Part shown: positions 50,926 to 63,327 of the stretch, in pieces
Layout of the letters: each line of letters starts with the position of its first letter
Position numbering within the stretch: position 1 is the stretch's first letter
Assembly (NCBI RefSeq): GCF_004010195.1
Contig: NC_057727.1
Location: forward strand, 7,735,416-7,798,864
DNA: 63,449 nucleotides
DNA from: Chiloscyllium plagiosum
Taxonomy: Eukaryota
Reading direction: 5' to 3'
The notes under the pieces: generated by a model
Told to the model about the DNA's origin: nothing
Seen by the model: only the letters and a program-made list of their open reading frames with translations
Database searches by the model: none
Position numbers and translations under genes: made by a program

Positions 50926-52070
50926 AAAAAAAAGTCTCTCAGCAGTGCAGTAGTTTCATTAACAGACTGAAGAATATCAGTTTCAATCCTATCAAAATAG
51001 TTATCCGATCAAGGTACTTGCAAGGTGAATCCTTTTGGTCATAAAAATCCAACTGATTGACGAAAGGTTTCTGGGAAAGAAATCCTGTTCACGAGCTTTT
51101 CTGGCTCATTTGGGTTCAGGCTAAACAATGTTAACTCTTAATACTTGAAGTGGCCTTGCAAGACACCCAATGGAAAAATAAATCAAAAGAAATCGTTTAA
51201 GTTATGCAGCTTTCAGTACGGACAGACTTTAAAGATTTTCAATAAGTAACTTTTATTTTCAATTACTATTGATCAAAGTAGCCCATTCCAGATCAGTTCT
51301 TGTATTAGACCATAAAGGCTGGGAAACTAATATTGTTTGGAAAATTACAAGTTGTTGCTAGTCATAGCTCAACAAATACAGACAGCCCTCCCGTAACTTA
51401 CCCAAATGGCCAGTACTCATGTGAGCCTGGTCGATTATAACCTTGTATACAGAATGGCATCATAGCTGATCTCAATCTTGGCCTAGGCAAAGAGAGAGTA
51501 TGAGGAGAGACTGGCAGCTAACATAAAAGAAATAGTGCAGGTATATAAATAGTAAGGGTGGCAAGAGCAGGAGTAGGGCCAATTAAGAACCAAAATCGGA
51601 TAAACGCAGGAAGGCAGCGACATAATTGAGGTATTTAACAAATACTTTCAATCTATATTTACAAATGGAAGAGCTGCTGCCCATGCTACAGTGAAACAGC
51701 TAATAGACTAGAAGGAATGTAAATTGATGAAGAGGAGGTATTAGTGGGCTGTCTGGATTTAAGGAGATAAGGCACAGAGACTAGATGAGATGCATCTCAG
51801 AATACTGAGGAAAGTGAGCATTGAAATTGTCGAAGCACTGATCAGATATCATTTCTACTCTAATAAAGGTATTCAAATATGGTTATAGTAGTAGGTAGGA
51901 AGAAATAATTTCCAACTGGTGAAAGGACCAAGGATAAGGAGGCACAGATTTAAAGTAATTGGCAAAATATGCCATGGAGCAAATAGTAACAATCTGGAAT
52001 CAGTAAGCGGAGAGTGGGGTGGAGGCAGGTTCAATTAAGACATGTCAAAATAAATTCTAGAATCAGAGTC

Positions 52071-52640
52071 TGGCACAGTGGCTCAGCACTGCTGCCTCAC
52101 AGCACCAGGGACCCAGGTTCGATTCCAACATTGGGTGGAGCTTGCACATTCTCCCCGTGTCTGCGTGGGTTTCCTCTGGGCGCTCTGATTTCCTCCCACA
52201 GTCCAAAGATGTGTAGGTCAGGTGAATTGGCCATGCTAAATTGCCCACGGTATTAGATGCATTAGTCAGAGGGAAATGGGTCTGGGTAGGTTACTTTTTA
52301 AGAGGGTCAAAGGGCCTGTTTCCACATTGTAGGGAATCTAATCCCACCAGTGCAGAAAGAGGCCATTCAGCCCATCACTTCCACATCAACCCTCCAAACA
52401 GCACCCTACCCAGACCTGTAACCCCGAATTTACCATGGCTCACCCACCAGCCTGCTCACTACGGGGCAATTTACCATGGCCAATCCACCTAACTTGCACA
52501 TCTTTGGGCTGGGGGAAGAAGCCAGAGCACCCAGCAGATAAAGGGAGAACGTGCAAACTCACAGAGATAATCATCCAAGGCTAGAATTGTGCCCTGGTTG
52601 CCGACATTGAGAGGCAGTAGGGCTAACTACTGAGCCATTG
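52071..52640. mobile_element. Two V-SINEs tail-to-tail (52071-52342 plus, about 52347-52640 minus)
   Basis: V-domain sequences occur in opposite orientations. Confidence 0.75.
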
Positions 52641-53806
52641 CACTGTGAAATTAAATTGTTATCTGTAAAAGATGACTACAAGGTTACATTGAATCACATT
52701 GGATGAACTTGGAGATTCAGTAGATACAATCTGTCAAATGGCCTCCTTCAGTGTTGCAATAGTTGCTGTTATAATTCTGTTGTGTGAACATTTACAGAAT
52801 ACATTTTCAACCGGGGATCACTAGTCTGTAATCAACAGTGGGATACTCTACTTAATGCAACATGAAAGTGAAATTCTTACTGCTGCTCAATTTAGGTTTA
52901 GGAAGTTATCACAGAGAAAGAATCAAAGCAGGGATTATACTGTCTGCATAACTTAGTGTTATATTGGGAACCATAGGAAACTATGGTTAAAAGTCAGTTT
53001 TGCACATTCAATTCAAGTCACAGCCAGTGCAAACCTGTATGTCCCAAGCATCAGAGTGGTGAATAGGGCATGAACTTAACTTCTTACTTAAAGTGACAGT
53101 GAAACATGGGACACATCACCCAAACAAAGTGAGTTTTTTTTTAAATCCTCAAGAATGTTTTTTCCATGTCATTAACATCTCCTTCAAGTAAAGCTTCCAT
53201 GCAGCAAGTTTGAAATAAAGTTTCAGCAATTTCTAAACAGGCAACTGTGAAGAAAATTATCACAATTTCAGTAAGTTCAACATAGATTGCGCACAAACTG
53301 GAAATCCTTCATTCATTCACTCTCTTGCCTGCCCCTTTGAAAGTCACTAACTTGCAACAGATGGTTCCAGGGGATTCTGTAGCCTTCCCAGAGCACTCTC
53401 ACATGCAAGTTCAAGACACATTGTCAATGGCACAGTCATCCCAATTGAACCTGCCCACAATCAAAGTCTGTACAAGCAATATTTTTTACCAGGGACAGCT
53501 GGATAGCAATCAGGAATGGCTGACTGCCTTCGTTCACCCAGCCCAAACAAAAAACCAGAGAACAGTGCTTGAGAGTAGGGAATAAAAATGGAAGCATCCA
53601 AGTTATGCTTTATTGTTGCAACAAACACTATTGTATAAAATCTTTGCCAGCTCTATTTGTCTGTCACAATTATTTGTACATTACACAAACTTCTCTATAA
53701 CTTGGCAAGATTGTCAAATTACTTGGTTTATTCATAATTTTATTTTTCTAAATAGTGAATTTTGAAACATTGAAACTTACTACTCAAAATATTCTCCCTC
53801 CAACAG

Positions 53807-54129
53807 CAGTAAAAATCAGAATTTCAAAGAGAAACACGAGTTTTACCAAGATCTCAGATTTTGAGATGGACAGCAAAGTGGAGGTCTTCAAGCACGGGCC
53901 CCTCCTCAAAACCGAGATCCATCCCAGGCTTCAGCACTGGCTTGACTTGGATGCCACTTGCGTCCAGAACATGACACGAGGCAACCGTACAGGAACTTTT
54001 GTAATTGTGGGACGAATCCAGGATGGCAAAATTTTAGTGTACAAGGTTTTCTTGTGGCAAAAGCGCAACAAAAATCTCATGCATGCTGTTAGAAAGTGGA
54101 AACACTACAGATGCCGCACGCAATACTGA
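53807..54129 (+). CDS. frzb2: Crescent exon 4: NTR domain to stop (AVKIRISKRN...RLQHWLDLDATCVQN...WQKRNKNLMHAVRKWKHYRCRTQY*)
   Basis: CAG acceptor at 53804-53806, phase 1. The four exons total 903 nt, giving 300 aa plus stop with no disruption. Confidence 0.92.
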
Positions 54130-54705
54130 GATAGAACGGTATATTTGTAAATATGTATTAAGTAACTGTAAAGATCCTATAAAGTACTTTATCTTTTTCA
54201 GTGCTGATGTCCATTCTTAATAGCAAATTACGATCAAGAGTCAGAAATTTAGAATTGGGGCAGAAAGTGATCTCTATGAAATAGAGGGAATTTCGACAAG
54301 TATCAAGGTGGAGTCTTTTATTGACATGAAGTCTGCAAGATTTATAAACAAAGTAATATCTACTTATTCCCAGCCCATTTGTTGTCTGTGTATGCTCAAA
54401 CAATCAGGACTACACAGGCTACACTAGATTAAATTTACATTAAATTAGTACCTGTTTTATCTTAACAATCTAATCATTTTGAGGCTTTGAATTCTTCGAT
54501 ATTTTTCCTCCAAATATCTGTTGTTGATCAGCTCCAACCATTGTCAGCATCATACCTTTTTCTTTAAGAATATGAATTGGCCCCTTGACTCTTTCAGTTT
54601 TTATTCAACACGATATTAATCGAACATGAGTCAAATTACTTTTGCAAAAACTTTAGTCAGACTGCAGCAGTAAGATCAACTACAAAACTGTATGATATAT
54701 ATTGC

Positions 54706-54912
54706 TGAAAATGTGTTGCTGGAAAAGCACAGCAGGTCAGGCAGCATCCAGGGAACAGGAGAATCGACGTTTCGGGCATAAGCCCTTCTTCAGGAAGGGC
54801 TTATGCCCGAAACGTCGATTCTCCTGTTCCCTTCATGCTGCCTGACCTGCTGCGCTTTTCCAGCAACACATTTTCAGCTCTGATCTCCAGCCTCTGCAGA
54901 CCTCACTTTCTC
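54706..54912. mobile_element. Fold-back PLE-terminal element with a hammerhead core on the minus strand
   Basis: Palindrome 54704-54878 with a 5-nt loop. 18-bp TSD CTGTATGATATATATTGC at 54688-54705 and 54913-54930. Confidence 0.88.
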
Positions 54913-55747
54913 CTGTATGATATATATTGCCAACTTTGTCTATACAGAGATAGCAAAGACTAACTAGGATAATGTCCATGCTTGAAAGATTTAAAAAGTT
55001 CAAAATGTTGGAACTGAAAAGGTTAAACAGTAAATCTAAGAGATAAAATTCTCAAATGTTTCAAGGGAGTAATGCATTGTTCTGTGAATTAGTAAAAAAA
55101 AAGGCAAAGATTCCATGTTAGAATCACACAAAGAAGAAAACTACTCAGTCTATCATCCTTATGCCAGCTCTTCACAAATTCTCTTGTTTTTCCACACAGT
55201 ATTGTTAATTATTCCTTTATGATTATCATTGGAAATAAGCAAAATCTGTTTTATTTGCAGTATTGTTTGAACAGGGTGGTTTACCACAAGAACTCATGAA
55301 ATAACCACCAATTCTGGCTAAGAAATAATAAAAGCATTAAAAATTATAGGCAAATGAAAATGGCATATATAGTTTCAGTTATAGAGTAGAATGCCTTTGT
55401 GTTGTAAATTCTATACATACAAATTTTTTGAGATTATTAGTTGATATTAGTCGCTGTTTGCAAAGTACAAATGCACAATGGATACAAACCTCTGATAAAA
55501 TTGTTCTTCATTTAAAGTGGTATTTTGATACACTTCCTTAGTAGGTTGAAGTGTATTGTGCAGAATGGACTGAGTCTGTAGAATAGGAAGGTCAAAGTAA
55601 TGCATCCTGAATTAAATTACATCCAGGCATTGTGACAGTAGGAAATCTACCTTTGGGTCAGCCTTCCTTTCAGAGTGAAGTAGAAAAAAAAGTTAATTTT
55701 CTGCACTTCTTGACCACCATTACTTTTTCTGAAATGCATGTGTGGAC

Positions 55748-56603
55748 ATGTATGGACTTCAGTAAGGTGTTTGACAAGGTTCCCCATGGGAGACTGATTA
55801 GCAAGGTTAGAACTCATTAATACAGGGAGAACTAGCCATTTGGTTACAGAACTGGCTCAAAGGTAGAAGACAGAGGGTGGTGGTGGAGGGTTGTTTTTCA
55901 GACTGGTGGTCTGTGACCAGTGGAAAGTGGAGTCGCAGGTAGATAGGATAGTGAAGGTGGTGTTTGGTATGCTTTCCTTTACTGGTCAAGAGTATTGAGT
56001 ACAGGGGTTGGGAGGTCATGTTGCGGCTGTACAGAACATTGGTTAGGCCACTGTTGGAATATTGCGGCCAATTCTGGTCTCCTTCCTATCGGAAAGATGT
56101 TGTGAAACTTGAAAGGGTTCAGAAAAGATTTACAAGGATGCTGCCAGGGTTGGAGGATCTGAGCTGCAGGGAGAGGCTGAACAGGCTGTGGCTGTTTTCT
56201 CTGGAGCGTTGGAGGCTGAGGGGTGACCTTATAGAGGTTTATAAAATTATGAGGGGCATAGATAGGATAAATAGACAAAGTCTTTCCCCTGGGGTTGGGG
56301 AGTCCAGAACTAGAGGGCATAGGTTTAGGGTGAGAGAGGAATGATATAAGAGAGACCTCAGGGGCAACGTTTTCACCCAGAGGGTGGTACGTGTATGGAA
56401 TGAGCTGCCAGAGGATGTGGTGGAGGCTGGGACAATTGCAACATTTAAGAGGCATTTGGATAGGTATATGAAAAGGAAGGGTTTGGAGGGATATGGGCCG
56501 GGTGCTGGCAGGTGGGACTAAATTGGGTTGGGATAGCTGGTTGGCATGAACGGGTTGGACCGAAGGGTCTGTTTCCATGCTGTACATCTCTATGATTCTA
56601 TGA
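55748..56603 (+). mobile_element. CR1 LINE 3' part with internal deletion
   Basis: MDFSKVFDKVPHGRL, then a jump to the IEYRGWEVMLRLYRTLVRP region, then the tail. Confidence 0.9.
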
Positions 56604-56839
56604 CAAGAACTGGAGCAGGCTCAAGTATGATGCTACCCAATGTCATATAACCTGTCAATTTTTTTTATCCATATGCTATGAGCAACACATCAGTAATGTC
56701 ATTAAAACCTTACATCAGCAGTATTGTTACAATCCTTATGACAGAACCGCTAGGTCAAAATCCTGGAATTTCCTTCCTAACACTACATGAACCTAAGTGT
56801 TCAAGAAGATTGTTCAAAACCATCAAGGGCAAATGGTCA

Positions 56840-57700
56840 ATAGAACATAGAACATAGAACAATACAGCACAGAACAGGCCCTTCGGCCCACGATGTTGTG
56901 CCGAACTTCTAACCTAGATTAAGTACCCATCCATGTACCTATCCAAATGCCGCTTAAAGGTCGCCAATGATTCCGACTCTACCACTCCCACGGGCAGCGC
57001 ATTCCATGCCCCCACCACTCTCTGGGTAAAGAACCCACCCCTGACATCTCCCCTATACCTTCCACCCTTCACCTTAAATTTATGTCCCCTTGTAACACTC
57101 TGTTGTACCCAGGGAAAAAGTTTCTGACTGTCTACTCTATCTATTCCTCTGATCATCTTATAAACCTCTATCAAGTCACCCCTCATCCTTCGCCGTTCCA
57201 ACGAGAAAAGGCCGAGAACTCTCAACCTATCCTCGTACGACCTATTCTCCATTCCAGGCAACATCCTGGTAAATCTTCTCTGCACCCTCTCCAAAGCTTC
57301 CACATCTTTCCTAAAGTGAGGCGACCAGAACTGCACACAGTACTCCAACTGTGGCCTAACCAAAGTCCTGTACAGCTGCAACATCACTTCACGACTCTTG
57401 AATTCAATCCCTCTGCTAATGAACGATAATACTCCATAGGCCTTCTTACAAACTCTATCCACCTGAGTGGCAACCTTCAAAGATCTATGTACATAGACCC
57501 CAAGATCCCTCTGTTCCTCCACCTGACTAAGAACCCTACCATTAACCCTGTATTCCGCATTCTTATTTGTTCTTCCAAAATGGACAACCTCACACTTGGC
57601 AGGGTTGAACTCCATCTGCCACTCCTCAGCCCAGCTCTGCATCATATCTAAGTCCCTCTGCAGCCGACAACAGCCCTCCTCACTGTCCACAACTCCACCA
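56840..57700 (-). mobile_element. Young 5'-truncated CR1 LINE with uninterrupted ORF2 C-terminus
   Basis: ORF 56914..57753 is open from GGVVDSEEG to the natural stop. (TTCTATG)n tail. Confidence 0.93.
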
Positions 57701-58439
57701 ATAAATGCTAACCAAGCTAGCAAAGGCCTTATCTTGTGAACAAATAAATTCAACTAAATTAACCAAGATGACAATCAGCCACAAATGAAGACATTCTCAA
57801 CAAGCTTCCAACACAATTCAAAATGGATGCGTTATGATGCAAAGCAGTGGCAACAGCATGGGTTCAATTCCTCCACTATCTGAGGTTACCATGAAGGACT
57901 GTCCTTATCAACTTCTCCACTTGCTTGAGGCATAGTGACCCTCAAAGTAAACCACCACCAGTAGTCACTCTCTAGTGACAGAGTAGGCCTATGGTCCTCT
58001 GGCAATATGGTGACTTTACCATACTTTTTATTGTAAGGAGTAACTTTCCAGAGTAAGTAGTTAGATAATTAGATTAGGTAATTCAAAATTGGTCTGTGGT
58101 TAATGAAAGGAGGATGCAACTGCTGGTGAGGCAAGGGGTTAAAATGGAGGAGCCCCAACCCTGCAACTGCCCAACAATTACAAGGCTCTTGCGAACTGTG
58201 TGGACAAGAGCATGGTCTGCAAGGAAGACAAGCAAACTGAACAGGATACCTTGGCAAGGGAGCCATTCAAATGTGGGAAGGAAATTAGAATGTAGCTGTG
58301 AGAGGGGACAGTATGCCAAGGGAGATAGGTATTATTCTCTACTTGCCCTGTGTCAGGGTTAAGGTCTTCTTGTGCTTAAGGAGAACTCAGAGAGAGCATG
58401 AGATCATAAAACACAGGAGCAGAATTAGGACATTGGACC

Positions 58440-58785
58440 CATTTGATCCAACAGGGAGAATTGACAGAGTACATGTGGAAAATTTATTTCTTGTAGGAGA
58501 GTCTAAGATCAGAGGGCATGATCTTAGAAAAAAGGTTCACATATTTAAGACAGACATAAGGAGGATAAGCGGGCTGTGATCTTTGGAATTCTTTATCCAA
58601 CTCCAAGTTAAGGCTGATTCATTAAATATATTGAAGACCGAGATAGACAGATTTTTGATTAGTAAGGGAATCAAGGGTTATGGGGAAAAGTGGACTTGAA
58701 GAATATCAGATCAGCCACGATCTCATTGAATGGCAGAGCTGACATCATGGGCAGAATTGCCTAATTTTGATCTTGTCTTATGGTC
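58440..58785 (+). mobile_element. Diverged CR1 3' fragment
   Basis: GESKIRGHDL remnant and AAGGGAATCAAGGGTTATGGGG tail. Confidence 0.7.
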
Positions 58786-59917
58786 TCAACAGTAAATTAG
58801 AGTCAAAAATCCATAAATTATACATGGAATTAGAGGTAGAAGGATAATCTCATGACTGTCCTTATTAGTCCCTGCACAAATGTGACACCATAAGTAGTCT
58901 CTCAGTTTTTCCAAGCTGGCCTCCAATATGGGCAATGGTAGCTCCACCTTAAGTTCCATGGAATCAGTTGTGACACAAACTGCACACTCCGAGAGAACCA
59001 CCTTAAAGTTGCATTAATCTTAATTACACAGACTCCCAGAGACTCCTTTATCCAACTCCAAGTAAATCTTGTTAAATGGTCAGGTCTGCTGTGGCAAAAC
59101 CGAAGAATAATCTAGACATATCTAATTCACTGTTATTATCCACAGCTCCTTGCTAATGTTACTTCTGTTTTTTCCTGTTGTGGCTCTTCCTTGTCTATGC
59201 CCATAGGTCTTCTGTATCTTAACCGCTTTCCTGTTGATATTGCTTCTATATCAAGAGTTACCGGGTCACATGGACGAGTTTTTTTTTGTTCTCTAGGAAT
59301 ATTTCTACTGATCCTATTATATTTGATATAAGCACTATAAAAAAAACTTTTGAATATTCTGAAAAGCAATTACAGACACTGTAGAGCTTTAAAGAGATTA
59401 TAAGTTTTCCTTACTGTTGTGCTTCTAGTCAAAAATTGTGATAGTATTGTCTCTTCGGGACAAAGGGAAAAAAAGTAGAACTAAAAGCAAAAGTGCTACA
59501 GGTGATATATTCAGCTTGTTTCATATTAAAGATTTGCCAGTGATTAAAATTTCTCATTTGAAGTGAGACAAAAACTAAGGCTAATTCTACATTACTACCT
59601 CTATTGCCTTTCTTGCCAATACAGTGAATTTGAAATGCTACCCCAGTGTGTAATTCATACATCTCAGGTGATGAGTTGTATTTGGACATAGGAAGGTTTT
59701 TCGTCAGTGGCATCAGGACATTATTATTCTAGTCCCAAGTGCCTGTAATGAAAGACAACAAAAAAAACTGGATTTTCAAGGCACTAACCCAATGATAACA
59801 AGACCTCCAATTGTTATCATTGTTAAAGCTTTCTTTTTTTCTGGATTCAAACACAATAAGACAAAGATTCAAATTCTAATTGTCCAAGACAATTAAAAGC
59901 TCCATTCAGACCCTTAC

Positions 59918-59999
59918 CAAACAGAAGTGGTTTTAGGCTCAGTGTTTTCAGGTAGTGTATTTTGTTAGGGACCAGATCCACCTTTTGCCTGTGGCCAAC
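59918..59999 (-). CDS. P4HTM: P4HTM exon 2 ([28 protein letters not shown])
   Basis: 82 nt, TTGCAG acceptor and G|GTAAG donor. Matches human [27 protein letters not shown]. Confidence 0.93.
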
Positions 60000-61009
60000 C
60001 TGCAAAGAAAGAAAGGTTACATTATATGGAGTGACAAAAAAATTAACATTAAGAATGTAACTTAGAGCTTCAGAGCAGTGACTGATAACCAAAGTAACAA
60101 AATAAATATGCCCTTACACTAAGCAGCATTTTAAAAGGTACAAAAGTGATGAGCTTTTCAATTAGCGACCTTCTCATATCATAGGCCCACTAGGATCCCT
60201 CTGATACCTTCCTTACATTCTGACAAAGACAGTAGGGGAAAAGCTCACAAGTGATCCTTCTCTCACAGCAAATTCACAACTTCTTACTCCACCATTTCTT
60301 ATTTATAACTGCATCAATACTCGTAACTATGGTGATCACTCCTCTGAACTTTCCTTTCATGTTTTGCCTAAACTCCAAATATGCTTTTACAAATTTTTTC
60401 TTCATCCTTCTCCCAATAACAAATAGAAATGCAGGCTTCACTGTTCTTTTTCATACTCTAACACAAGATTGCACAACCCTGGAATTTTTCCTATCACTTA
60501 TGGATGGTACCACTCTGGAACACCTGCTCATCGATCAATGTCACAATATCCTTCCTAAAGTGTGGTGCCACACTGGACACAATGCTCCAACTGGATTTAG
60601 CCAATGATTTATAAATCAATAATTAGAGTTAAACCTTCTTGCTCTTGTACTCAATACCTCTATTAATAAAGACAAAAATTCAGCACTTTGTTTTAAACAG
60701 GCTTACTAATTTGGCAAGCCACCTGCAAACATCTGCACCTGTCAAATCCTAGCTTGCATCATTTCCCTTTAAGATTGTACCATTTAGTCTATACCTTCTC
60801 ATTGTTCCTTGTGAAATGCATCACTTCACACCTTTCTGCATTAAATTTCACCTACCACCTGTATGCCCATTTCATGAAGCTGTCTGTTCGCAAAATACCC
60901 ATACTGTATTATATCATGCATACCCCACTTTCTCTGCTCTCTGCACATCTACAATGCTGTTAGTATTTATTACTACACCTAGTTCAGTGTATTTTACTCT
61001 CCGTGGTTT

Positions 61010-61800
61010 ATTTCCCCTGCCAACCGTCTCCAGTCACTTCAAGTTAACCCCACACCGGCAAACTTTTCCAGTCTACATGAACCAGACTCCCTGAGCCAAA
61101 TCATTTCACGTCCCACTACTCTTCCATAACCTCCACTTCAAAACCACACACCACTGGACCCTTCACATCTCCTTTGACCCAGACACCTCTCTGGGCCTCT
61201 CCCCATCTCCACCCGAGCTGCTCCACCTTCTGCTCATTCTCCAAACCTCCCCAACTCTAGCCCCTCCACCTCTCTTTCGACCCCATCATAGTTCCTCTCC
61301 CATTCCTCTGCCCATTCAATTCAACTTTCCCAATACTCTAATTAGCCTCTGACCTCTTCTGTTCCATTGTCCCTACACCACAAAAATGCCTCACACATAC
61401 ACCGCATTTATATACTCCTATCCTACCACTTCTATGCAGCTCCCTATTGCATCACCCTGACACTCTTCCACAACTGCCACTTACTCCCCCAACAGCCCAA
61501 GTCGCCTCTCTTCTGTCCCTCTCCTCACCCATCCCTTCCACACTCTCTCACTACACACGTCTCGCCACCCCACCCACCCTTTTGTCCCTCCGCCACACTC
61601 CTCTCCTCCATCCACATCACCTGTCCTCCCACCATTCCCCTTCTCCCTCCTTCACCAATTCCCCCTTCTCCATCCTGTACCCATCCACCTCTGTCCCCTA
61701 ACCCCAACCAATCCCAGCTTCTAGCACTGCTCTCTCTGCTCTCCCCCCCCACTCCTCCAAAGTCTGGACCTCCCTCCCCATTTCCACTCCGCACCCTCCC
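61010..61800. repeat. C/T-rich low-complexity tract
   Basis: Strong C excess and G depletion on the plus strand. Confidence 0.7.
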
Positions 61801-61802
61801 CA

Positions 61803-63325
61803 ATAGACAAGTCCCCTGGGCCGGATGGGGTTTATCCTAGGAACCTCTGGGAAGCCAAGGAGGAGATTGCCGAGCCTTTGGATTGATCTTTAAATCGTCA
61901 TTGTCTACAGGAATAGTGCCAGAAGACTGGAAGATAGCAAATGTGGTTCCCCTGTTCAAGAAAGGGAGTAGAGACAACCGTGGTATTTATAGACCAGTAA
62001 GCCTTACTTCTGTTGTTGGTAAAGTGTTGGAAAACGTTATAAGAGATAGGATTTATAATCATCTAGAAAAGAATAATTTGATTAGTCGGAGTCAGCAAGG
62101 TTTTGTGAAGGGTAGGTCGTGCCTCACAAACCTTATTGAGTTCTTTGAGAAGGTGACCAAACAAGTAGATGAGAGTAATCGGTTGATGTAGTGTATATGG
62201 ATTTCAGCAAGGCGTTCGATGAGGTTCCCCACAGTAGGCTCTTGTACAAAATGCGGAGGAATGGGATTATGGGAGATTTAGCAGTTTGGATCAATAATTG
62301 GCTTGCTAAAAGAAGACAGAGGGTGATGGTTGATGGGAAATGTTCATCCTGGAGTCCAGTTACTAGTGGTGTACCGCAAGGGTCGGTGTTGGGTCCACTG
62401 CTGTTCGTCATTTTTATAAACGACCTGGATGAGGGCATAGAAGGGTGGGTTAGTAAATTTGCAGACGACACTAAGGTCGGTGGAGTTGTGGATAGTGACG
62501 AAGGATGTTGCAGGTCACAGAGAGACAAACATAAGCTGCCGAGCTGGGCTGAGAGGTGACAAATGGAGTTTAATGCGGACAAGTGTGAGGTGATTCACTC
62601 TGGTCGGAGTAACCGGAATGCAAAGTACTGGGCTAATGGTAAGATTCTTGGTAGTGTAGATGAGCAGTGAGATCGCGGTGTCCATGTACACAGATCCTTG
62701 AAAGCTGCCATCCAGGTTGACAGGGTTGTTAAGAAGGCATAGTGATTTAGCTTTTATTAATAGAGGGATCGAATTCCGGAACCATGAGGTTATGCTACAG
62801 CTGTAACAAAGCTCTGGTGCGGCCGCACTTGGAGTATTGTGTACAGTTCTGGTCACCACATTATAAGAAGGACGTGGAAGCTTTGGAAAGGGTGCAGAGG
62901 AGATTTACTTGGATGTTGCCTGGTATAGAGGGAAGGTCATACGAGGAAAGGCTGAGGGCCTGGAGGTTGTTTTCATTACAGAGAAGAAGGCTGAGAGGTG
63001 ACTTAATAGAGACATATAAGATAATCACAGTGGGTTAGATAGGGTGGACAGGGAGAGCCTGTTTCCAAGTATGGTGACGGCGAGCACGAACGGGCATAGC
63101 TTTAAAACGAGGGGTGATAGATATAGGACAGATGTCAGAGGTAGTTTCTTTACTCAGTAGTAAGGGCATTCAATGCTTTGCCTACAATGGTAGTAGATTC
63201 GCCAACTTTAAGTACATTTAAGTCGTCATTGGACAAGCATATGGACGTACGTGGTATAGCGTAGGCTAGATGGGCTTCAGATTGGTATGACAGGTCGGCG
63301 CAACATCGAGGGCCGAAGGGCCTGT
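61803..63325 (+). mobile_element. Decayed CR1 LINE RT region and 3' tail
   Basis: [35 protein letters not shown] and FADDTK, with frameshifts and stops. Confidence 0.93.
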
Positions 63326-63327
63326 AC

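Noticed and set aside
53189-53270. Candidate Crescent exon 3 ending in CA|GTAAGT
   Set aside because: It has an in-frame stop and no CxxC. The real exon is at 49963-50049.
36185-54129. Calling the nested gene sizzled or sFRP2
   Set aside because: Motifs QQSTSWLSLLARECHPDARIF, APIMACYGYPWPEIL, DHGMC and WLDLDATC fit Crescent as I recall it, not Sizzled (WQNLLQTGCHP, WLLINENC).
20323-55770. Two CR1 copies starting near the same YxDFSK codons (20323 and 55748)
   Set aside because: Only two cases with imprecise boundaries, compatible with chance.
61367-61840. Pro-rich and Gly-rich ORFs
   Set aside because: By-products of low-complexity C-rich DNA.
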